In this document: one piece after another, positions 1-10,781 of the stretch
Layout of the letters: each line of letters starts with the position of its first letter
How positions within the stretch are numbered: the first letter of the stretch is position 1
Source of the DNA: Promethearchaeota archaeon
GTDB taxonomy: Archaea > Asgardarchaeota > Heimdallarchaeia > Hodarchaeales > Hodarchaeaceae
Length of the DNA: 64,000 bases
Direction: 5' to 3'
Assembly: GCA_048938105.1 (NCBI GenBank)
Contig: JBHLMN010000010.1
Span: forward strand, 128,001-192,000
Translations under genes and position numbers: made by a program
Notes under the pieces: model-generated
Databases searched by the model: none
What the model saw: the letters and a program-made list of their open reading frames with translations, nothing else
Told to the model about the DNA's origin: nothing

Positions 1-999
1 TTTATCTAGCTGATATTTCATGTTCTTATATTGTTCTTTAAGATCTAACTCAATCTTGGCTTTGGGATATTGATCCTGTATATCCAGGACAATTTCTTTA
101 ACTTTCTGCATTTTTCGATGGAGCTCATCTAAGTCAAAATCACGTAAAATAAACTTTAATTTAGATTCATTCACAGACCCTTCAGCTTCTAGAACGTGAT
201 AATAACCCTCTTGCTTTTCAGTTGTTTCTGGTGCTTGATCTTTAGGAAACTGTGTAATGATATCACCCAAAATCCGAACAGCATTAACCATTTTATCCTT
301 AGCATAACCTGGATGAAAATTGAAACCCTTTATTGATATTGTTCCGCCAGCAGCATTAAAAGTCTCAGATTCTAAGACACCCATCTCATCACCATCAATA
401 GTATAACCAACATCCGCTCCTAATGCTTCAACATCTAAAGCATCGACTCCATGACCCACTTCTTCGTCTGGTGTGAAGACTATTTTAATAGTCCCATGTT
501 TAATGGAAGGATCGCTTACTAAAATATCTATTACGGTCATAATCGCAGCAATCCCTGCCTTATCATCCCCTCCAAGCAAAGTTGTACCATCTGATGTGAC
601 AATATCACTTCCAATGAATTTTTTCAAACTTGGAGTTTCTTGGGGAGAAATAACTAGATCAGGATTACCTGGGAGTACAATATCCCCCCCATCATAATTT
701 TTAATTATTTGAGGTTTAACATTTTCCCCTGGTTCTTCTGGTGAAGTATCCATGTGAGCACATAGACAAAGAACAGGGACTTTCTTAGCCAATTCCTTGG
801 AAAGATTTGATTGAAGGGTTGCAATAACATAACAATGCTCATCTACAGAAGCATCTGTCAAACCAAGCGCTTGTAATTCTGTGAGCAACAAATTGGCAAG
901 ATCAAACTGTCTTTGAGTGCTAGGAATTTCAGAAATGTCTTCCTGACTCGTTGTATGAATTGTAACATATTTCAGAAATCTGTCTACTACCGATGACAT
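1..999 (-). CDS. pepT: Peptidase T (M20B tripeptide aminopeptidase), 3' end runs off the window
   Basis: Read manually from ATG at 999: MSSVVDRFLKYVTIHTTSQ..., with AHMDTS, LLGGDDKAG, FTPDEEVGHG and HPGYAKDKMVNA motifs typical of PepT. Confidence 0.92.
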   Translation of the reverse strand, partial: MSSVVDRFLKYVTIHTTSQEDISEIPSTQRQFDLANLLLTELQALGLTDASVDEHCYVIATLQSNLSKELAKKVPVLCLCAHMDTSPEEPGENVKPQIIKNYDGGDIVLPGNPDLVISPQETPSLKKFIGSDIVTSDGTTLLGGDDKAGIAAIMTVIDILVSDPSIKHGTIKIVFTPDEEVGHGVDALDVEALGADVGYTIDGDEMGVLESETFNAAGGTISIKGFNFHPGYAKDKMVNAVRILGDIITQFPKDQAPETTEKQEGYYHVLEAEGSVNESKLKFILRDFDLDELHRKMQKVKEIVLDIQDQYPKAKIELDLKEQYKNMKYQLDK

Positions 1000-1149
1000 A
1001 AGCACATCAACTACACCAGCTAGCTAGAGGAACTTGTTAAAGGCTTTACTACTCAGACACTAAGAAAAGATTTATTTCCCTATTGAGGAATACGTGAAAG
1101 AATACCCCCATTTGATTACATCGATGAGAATTAGTAAGGTAGAACAAAA

Positions 1150-2601
1150 TTGGAAGATTTATTAGAATATGTACTAGAACTGGGGAAAGGGGATGAATAT
1201 TTAGACATTCGATTGGAATCCTTTCAAAATGTAGTTATTAAGTCAATCAACAAAGAAATAACAAAGGCATTTACTTACCAAAAAAGAGGATTGGGAGTTC
1301 GAGTATTATTTAATGGTGCCTGGGGGTTTGCCTGTACCCAAAATTTAAACAAAGAGCAACTGCAAAAAACTGTGGATATCGCCCGAAAAATGGCAACTAT
1401 CGAATCAAGCCGAACAAAAAATCCAATTCAACTAGCAGAAATTCCAATCGTAGAAGATCGGGTCGAATTAAATTGCAAAATTGATTTTAGAGAAATTAGC
1501 CTTGAAGAAAAAGTCAAAGACGTTTTACAATGGCATAATGAGATCGATATATCTGAGAACATTGTGAGAACGATTGTAGATTATGCAACTATTTCAGCAA
1601 GAAAATTCTTCTGGAGTAGTGAAGGAACGAAGATCGAATTCATTCGTCCAATTGTTAATGTAAATTTAGGAGCTGTGGCTAGAGGAACATCTGGCGTTCA
1701 GGCATATTATCAACCATGGGGAGGAACAACTCCAGATGTAGGTGGAACAGGTGGGCACGAAATACTAGGTCAAAATGGAAATCTCACTGAAACATGTCGC
1801 AGAATGGGCGAAAAAGCTCTTAATTTAGCAAATGCAAAACCAGCACCAAATCTTCGAGATGTTCCCATCGTTTTTGATCCATCTTATATGGCATTACTTG
1901 TACATGAGATTGTGGGACACCCATCTGAAGCAGATCGAGTCCTTGGTTGGGAAAGTGCCTGGGCAGGAACCACTTGGTGGAAGGGAATAAGTAAAGATGA
2001 AGGAAATCCTACTAAGATTGGATCTAAATACGTCACGGTTTATAATGATCCAACAATTCCAAACAACTTTGCTTACATGCTATATGATGATGAAGGAACC
2101 CCTTGTAAGAGAACTACACTGATTAACGAAGGGATCCTCACTGAAAGAATGCATTCGCGCGAAACAGCGGCGATTATGGACGTAAAACCGAATGGTGCCA
2201 TGAGAGCAAATACATATGAATATCATCCTATTATTCGGCAAATCAATGTATACTGGGGGATTGGAGATTGGAAGGCAGAGGAAATAATCGAAGACACAAA
2301 AGAAGGGGTCTATCTTTTGGGAGCAAACATCCCTTCTCTCGACGACCAACGATTCAATTGGGCAATTTCAAGCCAAGAAGGTTATCTTATCAAAAATGGA
2401 GAATTAACAGATCACCTTTATTCATGTACGGCAACAGCAACCACTCCAGCTTTTCTTAAAAGTATTGATGCGCTTGCTAAAGACGATCAAAACCTCTTTT
2501 GGTCAGGATGTGGAAAAGGAGACCCAATGCAAGGTGGAACAGTATCGAATGGAGGCCCAACGATGCGTGGCTTAGCAAGCCTCAAAGGACCAGGAAGCTG
2601 A
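1150..2601 (+). CDS. tldD: TldD family metalloprotease
   Basis: GxGVRV..GAWGF N-terminus, HExxGH (HEIVGHPSEAD), YDDEG, C-terminal CGKG. Confidence 0.9.
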   Translation: MEDLLEYVLELGKGDEYLDIRLESFQNVVIKSINKEITKAFTYQKRGLGVRVLFNGAWGFACTQNLNKEQLQKTVDIARKMATIESSRTKNPIQLAEIPIVEDRVELNCKIDFREISLEEKVKDVLQWHNEIDISENIVRTIVDYATISARKFFWSSEGTKIEFIRPIVNVNLGAVARGTSGVQAYYQPWGGTTPDVGGTGGHEILGQNGNLTETCRRMGEKALNLANAKPAPNLRDVPIVFDPSYMALLVHEIVGHPSEADRVLGWESAWAGTTWWKGISKDEGNPTKIGSKYVTVYNDPTIPNNFAYMLYDDEGTPCKRTTLINEGILTERMHSRETAAIMDVKPNGAMRANTYEYHPIIRQINVYWGIGDWKAEEIIEDTKEGVYLLGANIPSLDDQRFNWAISSQEGYLIKNGELTDHLYSCTATATTPAFLKSIDALAKDDQNLFWSGCGKGDPMQGGTVSNGGPTMRGLASLKGPGS

Positions 2602-2616
2602 TAAGAGGAGATAAAG

Positions 2617-4014
2617 ATGCAAGATTATTCAGAACGTTTGGAATATGCCTTAATAAAAGCAAGGGATAAAAAAGAAACAGCTCAAGCTGAAGTTTTTCTG
2701 GGAGCTAATCATCTATTAACTATACGCTCGGCAGTAGGGAAGATTCTCGAAAGCAAAGTTATTCAGGATGCAGGTTTAGGGATACGGATTCTAACGAAAG
2801 ACCAAGGATTAGGTTTTTCCTCAACCTGCGATTTTTCCGACAAGTCTATTTCAGATGCAGTTGAAGAAGCTTTAGTATTATCAAAGTATCGGAAAATCCC
2901 TGATTACTCTTTCTCATTTCCTAAAAAAGCTACTCGGGTAAGTAAGTTCCATGATAAAAAGATCGTTGACATGATTTTTTCGTATAAAGAAGTCAACGAG
3001 CAAGTCAATCAGATGTTACAAGAGACTCTTGAACTAAATCCAGCAGTTAAAGAGGTAGCTGGTCCAACTCATCTGGTGGAATACTCTAAACAGGTCATGA
3101 ATACTAATGGTATAGACATTTCGGAGAAAGGTACATACTGGAATATTGAACTGCTAGCAGTCGCTGAATCAACTACAGACAGACGAGAAGGGTCAGATTC
3201 TTCGGCTGGATGGAATTTCAGCGAAATTAATACTGTTCCTCTTTCAAAACATGCAGTAGACATGGCAGTAACAAGTCTTGATGGTACAAAACTGCAGGCT
3301 GGTTCGTATGAAATAATTTTAAGTCCCATGTCAGTTTCAACATTCTTGCATTGGCTAGCATTGCTAACTTATCCACAAAATCAGGAAAGAAACATGCCTC
3401 TATTGAGAGATAAAATTGGTGAAGAAATCGCTTCATCGTTAATGACTGTAGGCCATGATCCTTTAACGGTACCAAGCCCCACTTCTGGATCGTATGATGA
3501 CGAAGGGGTACCAATTCAAGATCTGTGTCTAATTAAAGAGGGAGTATATAAATTAATACCCCTTGATACATTCTATGCTACTCAATTCCAAACCACATCG
3601 AATGGTACTGGATATCGAATCCTAGCAGCTTCTGGAATGACTCAGTATCCTGGCCAGCTTTATCAAAGTGAACCGTTACCTCAGCTTCCCGCAGTTTATA
3701 TGGAAGAGGGGAAAAATAGTATTGAAGAAATGATTGCGGAAACGAAACATGGTATTTACCTTGATTTCCTCCATTATGCTTATGTGACAAACGGAGGAAC
3801 TGGGGACTACACAGGGATATTAAGACAAGGAACCTTCTTAGTCAAAAATGGAGAAATAACAGAACCCATTCAAAAATGCCGTCTCTTAGACAACATCATT
3901 GAAATGGCCAAGAAAATTAAAATGATTGGTCCTAGTCGTATGGCTGGGCACTGGCGAGACATGCTGAAAGTTCCTCCAGTAAAAATATCAGAAGTGAATA
4001 TTACACCCTATTAA
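2617..4014 (+). CDS. PmbA/TldE family protein
   Basis: Follows tldD; GLGIR, YDDEG and TGDY motifs; lacks HExxxH as expected for the non-catalytic subunit. Confidence 0.88.
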   Translation: MQDYSERLEYALIKARDKKETAQAEVFLGANHLLTIRSAVGKILESKVIQDAGLGIRILTKDQGLGFSSTCDFSDKSISDAVEEALVLSKYRKIPDYSFSFPKKATRVSKFHDKKIVDMIFSYKEVNEQVNQMLQETLELNPAVKEVAGPTHLVEYSKQVMNTNGIDISEKGTYWNIELLAVAESTTDRREGSDSSAGWNFSEINTVPLSKHAVDMAVTSLDGTKLQAGSYEIILSPMSVSTFLHWLALLTYPQNQERNMPLLRDKIGEEIASSLMTVGHDPLTVPSPTSGSYDDEGVPIQDLCLIKEGVYKLIPLDTFYATQFQTTSNGTGYRILAASGMTQYPGQLYQSEPLPQLPAVYMEEGKNSIEEMIAETKHGIYLDFLHYAYVTNGGTGDYTGILRQGTFLVKNGEITEPIQKCRLLDNIIEMAKKIKMIGPSRMAGHWRDMLKVPPVKISEVNITPY

Positions 4015-4055
4015 TATTATGGGGTAAAAAAAAAGAAAAAAGAAGTAAACGTTCC

Positions 4056-4775
4056 TTAGCCTCGTGTTACAGGGAGATACGGTGCAAGTAAAGAAGCTAA
4101 TAAACCAATTTCACGATTTTGAGTATAAACGATACCAGGGCCAGTATAACGAATCACAATCCCTTCACCACCAAGGAAAAAGCTTTTCTTTCCACCTACT
4201 TTTGAGACTCTGTGTTCCATATGAGATTGAAAAGCCATCATCACACCATTGTCACAAACAAATTCTTGTCCTGGAGCTAGTTCATGACGCTCAACGAATC
4301 CATACCCACCAATCCACACATCCCCTTCCCCTTCAGCCATGATTTTAGTCAGTACAAGTCCTTCCCCACCTAACACACTCTTGAATCCACCTAATTTAGA
4401 GGTTACTGCTATGCTGGTAGTCCCACAAATATATGCATCTCTACTTAATGTCCATTCCTCACCTTTTTGAAGGTGGAAGTGAACAATATCACCAGGAGCA
4501 CCGTGTGCGAAGGCAACCATTCCCATAGGGGCGCCATCTTGGATAGAAAAAAAGTTTTGAAACATTGATTCGCCTGAGAATTTTCGTTTCAAGCCCCGCA
4601 TAATACCTCCAGAGGACTTTGTCTCCATATGAACATGACCATCCATATAAACCATAGCCCCGCCTTCTGCTCGTACCTGTTGGCCAGGCTGATCTAGGAA
4701 GATTTTAACCACAGAGAAGGCCGGACTACCCGTTATCTCATATTTTAGAAAAGAATATTCTTTATCTGCTGACAT
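4056..4775 (-). CDS. AIM24/TIGR00266 family protein
   Basis: AEGGAMVYM, GESMFQN, GGEGL, GPGIVYTQ motifs. Confidence 0.9.
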   Translation of the reverse strand: MSADKEYSFLKYEITGSPAFSVVKIFLDQPGQQVRAEGGAMVYMDGHVHMETKSSGGIMRGLKRKFSGESMFQNFFSIQDGAPMGMVAFAHGAPGDIVHFHLQKGEEWTLSRDAYICGTTSIAVTSKLGGFKSVLGGEGLVLTKIMAEGEGDVWIGGYGFVERHELAPGQEFVCDNGVMMAFQSHMEHRVSKVGGKKSFFLGGEGIVIRYTGPGIVYTQNREIGLLASLLAPYLPVTRG

Positions 4776-4904
4776 ATTTTCACATCTTGCTTGGATAATC
4801 TATTTCACAGGAAAATCATGACTTATATTTAATTAAGCTTTGTAAGTAATCAATCAGTATCAAATCATTCTAAAAGTATTAGAACTCCACATTGGACTAA
4901 TCTT

Positions 4905-6173
4905 TCACGAAGATCTCCTTTTACGAAGATTGTACATTGTGGAACGTAATTTTTTCCTAGCAGTTTTAGAATATTTCTCTTCGTTCAACACATCGTTTAA
5001 CATCTGAACATTTTGAGTTTGTAATCTTTGAAGATTTGTTGATCCTGTTTGAGAAATTCTTCGTTCCAGCTTATCTTGAAACATATGCATAGTTCGCTGA
5101 GCTCCTGAAAAATTCCCTTGATCCGCCATCTCCATAGCCTCATATTGGACAAACGCGGCTTCTAAAAGATGCACATTTTCTAAAACTTGATCATCTTCGG
5201 TGGTTAGAAGTTTTTCATCAGATGTAGGGATAATATTACACGAAACTGGCTTGAGCTGAATTGGTTTTGTTGATCCACTTCGGGGAATCCATCGTACATT
5301 GAATGTCACAGCTTCAATTTCTTCAGCTTTTATTGGTGGAATTGTCACATCTAGGATAATTAACAATTCATTACCACTTCTGAGATCACCCATTTTCGTA
5401 CTGGACGATAAACGGTCTTCATAAGGAACTCCTAGAGCTCTTCGTATTTGAACTCCTTCTGCTTTTTGCCATTCCACCTCGATATTATAAGCAGCGGTTG
5501 CTAGAAGTCCTTGAAACTCATGTTCAATGAATTTAGGGATATCATCTGCAGTTTCAATGAAATAAAATGATCCTCCAGCCACATCAGCGATATTCACCAT
5601 TAAATCCTCGTCAAAATCGTCACCGACTCCAAAAGTGCTGATGCCTATACCTCCTTCATAAATATCAGTCACAGATTCTCGAATTCGGCCACGATCAGTG
5701 ATCCCCTCATTTGCGAGACCATCAGAAAGGAGAAGTACCACATTCCGATACTCAAGATGTTTGGCACTTTCAACCTGTTTTGCTCCTTCCACGACACCCC
5801 CATGGAGGTTTGTACGGCCACGACTACGAATGGAACGGAGGCGGGTAATAATAGAGGCAGGATTGGTTAATTTCGCTGAAGAAATAATTGTATCCACACG
5901 ATGATCGTAAATTGTTAAGGCGAAAACATCATCCTTTGAGAGATTATTGACAACAAATTCAACAGCTTCTTTAGCTTTTTGGAGCTTGGATCCGTGCATA
6001 CTCCCTGAACGATCGAGAACTACTCCTAAATTTAAGTTTGTTCTGGAAACTTGGATCTCTCTTCCTGTTAATTTTAACTGAATATAAAGATGCGTCTCAC
6101 CATCAGCTAACGCATAGGGTGAGCTTGGAGTTACCTCAATGTTAATATCCTCTTGAGTATTTACTTCTATCAT
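4905..6173 (-). CDS. vWA (MIDAS) domain protein with C-terminal helical extension
   Basis: DRSGSM (DxSxS), T in GRTNL, LLSDG, FGVGDDFDE; likely start ATG 6173 (MIEVNT) after GAAGGA rather than the overlapping 6293 start. Confidence 0.9.
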   Translation of the reverse strand: MIEVNTQEDINIEVTPSSPYALADGETHLYIQLKLTGREIQVSRTNLNLGVVLDRSGSMHGSKLQKAKEAVEFVVNNLSKDDVFALTIYDHRVDTIISSAKLTNPASIITRLRSIRSRGRTNLHGGVVEGAKQVESAKHLEYRNVVLLLSDGLANEGITDRGRIRESVTDIYEGGIGISTFGVGDDFDEDLMVNIADVAGGSFYFIETADDIPKFIEHEFQGLLATAAYNIEVEWQKAEGVQIRRALGVPYEDRLSSSTKMGDLRSGNELLIILDVTIPPIKAEEIEAVTFNVRWIPRSGSTKPIQLKPVSCNIIPTSDEKLLTTEDDQVLENVHLLEAAFVQYEAMEMADQGNFSGAQRTMHMFQDKLERRISQTGSTNLQRLQTQNVQMLNDVLNEEKYSKTARKKLRSTMYNLRKRRSS

Positions 6174-6183
6174 AATTATTCCT

Positions 6184-6753
6184 TCATTTGGCTTGTTCGA
6201 GCTTCTTTTGTACTTTATAAACCATTTCTCCTTTTTTTGTGAGTCTGTGGCGTTTTTTAGGACGTCCAGGCCCTCCCATTGTTTTCTTCTCAAGTGGAAA
6301 TTCTGGCTTGATTTTCTTGGGCTTACTCTTAATCTGTTCTATTAACCCAAGGTTACTTAATTTCTGCAAACCTACATTAATCGTAGTAGGAGACATTTGT
6401 GCTACTTTTTGAAGTTCAACAACATTTGCATCTTTATGTTGTTTAATTTGATGGAGAAGGGCGCGATGAGACCGTTTTAGCTCCGTTATCTCAGGATGTT
6501 GAAGAATTTGACGATCAAGGATATCTTCTGCTTGTGGAGTAATAACAAAAGTGTTAGAATCTGGAGGTTGTCTAATGATAAATCCAACCAGTTCTAATTC
6601 TTTTAATCTCCTATAAACTGTAGCAGTTGTTAGTGAATCAGAAGATTCTTTAGTAAAATGCTTGTTAATATCAGAACTACTAATAGGTTGAGACTGATTT
6701 CTAATAAATTCTAGAATCTCTTTCGTCCCCGTGGAAGCCAGTAAGTCTAACAT
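6184..6753 (-). CDS. Tandem winged helix-turn-helix protein
   Basis: Two wHTH units: ATVYRRLKELE...FVITP and PTTINVGLQKLSNLGLI...GRPKKRHRLTKKG. Confidence 0.8.
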   Translation of the reverse strand: MLDLLASTGTKEILEFIRNQSQPISSSDINKHFTKESSDSLTTATVYRRLKELELVGFIIRQPPDSNTFVITPQAEDILDRQILQHPEITELKRSHRALLHQIKQHKDANVVELQKVAQMSPTTINVGLQKLSNLGLIEQIKSKPKKIKPEFPLEKKTMGGPGRPKKRHRLTKKGEMVYKVQKKLEQAK

Positions 6754-6777
6754 CGTTTAAAACCATTTTAATACTTC

Positions 6778-8121
6778 TTATTCATCAGAAATCTGTTCAA
6801 GAGAAATTTGTTGCTGAACTCGCGGATCCTGAATATTCTGAACCTGAATCCGAGGCATCCTAGGCACCCGACCAGGTGTTCTCCCTTTGAGAATATCGAC
6901 TTGCTTTTTGCTAGCGTATAAGTGTATAGGGGTTCCTTTGTAATGAATACTGATACCTTGCCATTTCTTGTTATTGAATCGGAATAAATCTCCGACACCA
7001 GTTGCTTTCTCTTTTTTCACCTTGATATCTTTGAATTCACCTTTCAGAAGCGCTTCTAAATTATCTGGGAGGTTCTGGTCTGTTTCTATTTTCTGCATGA
7101 AAATTCTATCAGTCAGAAATCCTTTAAGTACAACCTCACTAAATTGGGACCAAAGCTTGGGGGAGCCATAAATCTCGACACCCAATAACTTATCACTATA
7201 CGCACAGATAATGCCCATCTGATTCTCAAGCTTAGTTGCTGCAGAAAGTGTTTCTTGAAGAGTTTTGAGGTGTTTATCCTTTTCATATGATTTTTCTTGA
7301 ATCTCTCTATAACTATGAGTAGGAGCATCTTCCTCGCTGAGAGCTAATGCACCTGCTACCGCAGACACAGTTTCCCATAGGGTAGTCTGATCTCCAGCTT
7401 TCGCTGACACGTTTGCCATCTGTGAGGCCATTCGAGTTTTAGCAGACTTGAATTTTAAGGAGGTTGTTTCTCCACGAGAACTAGAATATCTCCACCGAGA
7501 CTGTTCAATGCACTTTGCGGGAATTTTTAAGGGATTAGCCTCATCATGGCCAACAGGGATGAGAATAGGCTCAAAAATGGTTCTATCTTGCTTCCCACCC
7601 TCAACTTGATGAAGATAGGGAATTAAAACGGGGAGCTCACTTTTATTAATTGCTTCGAGTAATTCGACACTCTCTGAACCTTCACTTTCTTGGATCCATG
7701 CAAGCTCCTGCTCCTCAGCCTCAAGTAAACCTAATACAAGGGTTGATACGTCACTCTTAAGAAGAGGATAAACAGAAAACTTATCATGGGTGACAGGTGT
7801 CCCAATGTCAAAATAATTTCCTAAATCTTGAATAATATCTTGAAAATTCACTTTTTTCCACCTATTATTTTTTTTTAAGACCTCCTCAGCATAAAGAGAG
7901 AGGATCAATCGATTGGAATTCGTATGTAATCTTACAATTAAGTTTGCTTGTTCTAATTCTTTGACCCTGCGGTAAATAGTTGCAGTAGTAAGTGATAAAT
8001 CAGGAGATTGAGCGAAATGAACGTTAATCATTGGCACAGTGGTACCAGGATTATGGTATAAATAAGAAAGAATCCTTAGCGACCCTTTTGCTGAGAGAAG
8101 ATCTTGGATTGTTTTCATCAT
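6778..8121 (-). CDS. wHTH fused to ARPP-1/DUF6569-like domain
   Basis: N-terminal wHTH (TATIYRRVKELE); GGKQDR, CIEQSRW, QTTLWETV and GVEIYGSP pattern recognised as DUF6569/ARPP-1. Confidence 0.72.
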   Translation of the reverse strand: MMKTIQDLLSAKGSLRILSYLYHNPGTTVPMINVHFAQSPDLSLTTATIYRRVKELEQANLIVRLHTNSNRLILSLYAEEVLKKNNRWKKVNFQDIIQDLGNYFDIGTPVTHDKFSVYPLLKSDVSTLVLGLLEAEEQELAWIQESEGSESVELLEAINKSELPVLIPYLHQVEGGKQDRTIFEPILIPVGHDEANPLKIPAKCIEQSRWRYSSSRGETTSLKFKSAKTRMASQMANVSAKAGDQTTLWETVSAVAGALALSEEDAPTHSYREIQEKSYEKDKHLKTLQETLSAATKLENQMGIICAYSDKLLGVEIYGSPKLWSQFSEVVLKGFLTDRIFMQKIETDQNLPDNLEALLKGEFKDIKVKKEKATGVGDLFRFNNKKWQGISIHYKGTPIHLYASKKQVDILKGRTPGRVPRMPRIQVQNIQDPRVQQQISLEQISDE

Positions 8122-8376
8122 GAATTCTCAAAAAGTGTAATATTTATAAAACTTTCGAATTTATCAAATTATGGAATCAATTTGATCTCAACATTTTAAC
8201 AAACTTATATTTGATTTAATCATTAAAAAATCTTAGTTTAATATCTAGATGTGAGGAGAAAAGAGAAAATAAAGAAAGAAAAAGCGAGAACACAAAATTA
8301 ATGTAAAATTCAAAAACTTGTTTGAAGTTTTATTTCTTTCTGTACCAACTAACAACAAAAATCAAGTTAGGCACTT

Positions 8377-9132
8377 TTATTTGCTCGATTTCCTTCTTGG
8401 GAAAATTAAGACAAATGTGCATAAGACTACAAGAACTGATAATACCCCAGGAAAAGGACTTGCTGCTGTTTCTGTCTCTGTTGTTTCAGAAATTGATGGA
8501 TGAATAATCTCCACCGTGCGATCCACAGTCGTTTCCACAGTTACTGTTATTGTTACTGTTGTTCTTTCAAGCGGAGATTCAAATGAGGAATAAATGTTAA
8601 TCTTTTTCACCTTGGGTGTAAAATAAATGTTCGGATCTGATTTAAAAACCGCACGATATTTTAAATATAACGCAACACCACTAAAGGTGAAATTTGAAGA
8701 GTAATAACTGATATAATGAAAACCTTCGGCGTTGGTGGTATTTGATAACCCAACTTGGAACCTCAATTCTGTACCTACTGGTTGACCTGCTGAATACCAA
8801 GTGAAATTACCCGCTATTCGAAGAACAACTCTAAAATAGGTCAATCCTGATTCAAATGTTCCTATTAGGGGAGATGTATGACCAGGATAGAGCCAAATAT
8901 CATCATAGTAGGCACCATTATACCCTCCAAACAAGATTACTTTATCTAAACTTGTAATATAATTCATTGAAAAGCTATGTCTGGCATTTGGCAGAGTGGA
9001 CTGATTCTTTTGGTTCCAAATATTCATTGTCAAATCATAAATCCAAGTATCATCAAGGTACGTGCCATTATATCCCCCAAATAAAACTACAATATCAGCA
9101 GTGGTATCATATGCAATTGAGTGGAATTTCAC
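8377..9132 (-). pseudogene. 5'-truncated kelch-repeat surface protein with C-terminal membrane anchor
   Basis: Only two kelch repeats (LFGGY..DDTW, LFGGY..DDIW), starts mid-repeat, no signal peptide; Thr-rich linker, PFPG, TM and RRK tail. Confidence 0.6.
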
Positions 9133-9374
9133 AATATATTAATCTATTGTTTGATAATGAGACCTCTTGAGAATTTATTTGTTGGGGTACTCTCAAGTCA
9201 GTCTGATTACAGAATTGGTTCTCAATTCATATAATGAAAGAAATTTTGATTAAAAATAACAAGAACAGTATGTGTTATGAAATAAGCTTTATGAGGATAG
9301 AAAGTAAGCTCTCCTTTTTTTCTTTTTTTGCCTGTTTGAATATTTTTTAAAAGAAGACCTGAAAATGGCACATT

Positions 9375-10697
9375 ATGAGTGAAATACGGAATAAGTTATT
9401 GGCTACTGAGAATTTAGATCCTAAAGCCCAATCACTTCTTCTGCAATATGTTCTCGTTGATTCGATTCGATTAGTAGCGTTTAATATTTCTAGTATGTTT
9501 ATCATTTTATTTTTACTAGATACATTAGAATCAACCGAAGTGGGAATTCTCTTTGCTGTAAGCTATCTTATCCTCACATTGATTGATTATCCCACAGGTG
9601 TCTTAGGGGATCTCATTGGTTATAAGAAAGTGATGATGCTCGCTTATTTTTTTCATATCATCTCATTTATCCTACTTATATTCTCTGAGACATTCGTTCC
9701 CCTATTATTCTATAGCGCGTGTTCAGCAATTGCTTCCTCCCAAGAGAGTGGGGCCTTAGAATCGTGGTTTGATAATAATTATCGTATGTTTACACAAGCT
9801 ACGGATCCAGAGCGGCAAATATACAAAGCCTTTCAAGCAAGAATATCAATTTTAATCTATGCATTATCTGGCCTCTCCTTTATCGCCGGTGGAATGATCG
9901 CTCAATATCTTTCAAGGAAATTTCTATTCGGGGTATCTTTATTCCTCATCATTCTTGTCTTTATTTTGATAATTGGAGTAATTAAAGACTATAACTCCTT
10001 TGATCAATCGGATTTCACAATGAGGGTCTATTTTAGCCAGTTTTTGGGAGGATTTAGATTTCTTTTCTCCCAAAAAGGGATATTATTGTTTTTTGTAGGA
10101 ACAACAATTATCTGGGCTGCTAATAACAGCATTTGGGTTAATTTTTTGTTGTTTCCCATTTATGAGGGCTATTCAGGAGGTCAAGATCATACCACAGCCA
10201 TGTTTCGAGCAATCATTTTTGCCTCTGGAGTGTTATGGCAACTATTCATTGTGAAATATATCAATAAATTGACTCGGATTAAACTGTGGATTTTCATTAC
10301 GACGGCGTTTTCAAATGTGATATTTTTCTTTGCTATTTTTCTCTATTATTCATGGTTTCCCCCGATAACGTTTGATCTCATGCTACTCTTGGGGTTATTT
10401 ATTGTGTTTCAACTCCCTGGAATGTGGGAACCATTGGAATTTATATTGAGAAACCGACTCAACTTAGATCTAGTCCCTGATAATATACGCAATGCAGTCT
10501 ATTCGTTATTACCAACATTAACAACCCTGATAGGAATCCCTGGGGCACTAATTGGGGGTTATTATTTGAAATATATTGGATTTGCTGAAACAGTCCTATT
10601 TACCTCACTTTTTAGTGGACTTGGAGTTTTATTGACTGGTGTAGGCCTCCTATGGTTGCCTGAAATTAGGGAACAGATCAAGAAGGAAAGAAATTAA
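9375..10697 (+). CDS. MFS transporter
   Basis: About 12 hydrophobic segments; DYPTGVLGDLIGYK motif A; SGALESW. Confidence 0.88.
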   Translation: MSEIRNKLLATENLDPKAQSLLLQYVLVDSIRLVAFNISSMFIILFLLDTLESTEVGILFAVSYLILTLIDYPTGVLGDLIGYKKVMMLAYFFHIISFILLIFSETFVPLLFYSACSAIASSQESGALESWFDNNYRMFTQATDPERQIYKAFQARISILIYALSGLSFIAGGMIAQYLSRKFLFGVSLFLIILVFILIIGVIKDYNSFDQSDFTMRVYFSQFLGGFRFLFSQKGILLFFVGTTIIWAANNSIWVNFLLFPIYEGYSGGQDHTTAMFRAIIFASGVLWQLFIVKYINKLTRIKLWIFITTAFSNVIFFFAIFLYYSWFPPITFDLMLLLGLFIVFQLPGMWEPLEFILRNRLNLDLVPDNIRNAVYSLLPTLTTLIGIPGALIGGYYLKYIGFAETVLFTSLFSGLGVLLTGVGLLWLPEIREQIKKERN

Positions 10698-10781
10698 CTA
10701 TTCATACTAGATAATAGGTTAAAAAAAAAAGAGGTAGAAGTATTAGTTATCTCTTTTTACGTCTTCAAATGAAAGTCTTAT

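Noticed and set aside
6174-6293. N-terminal extension of the vWA ORF overlapping the wHTH gene
   Set aside because: An ATG at 6173 with an RBS-like sequence gives a non-overlapping gene; the extension looks like incidental open frame
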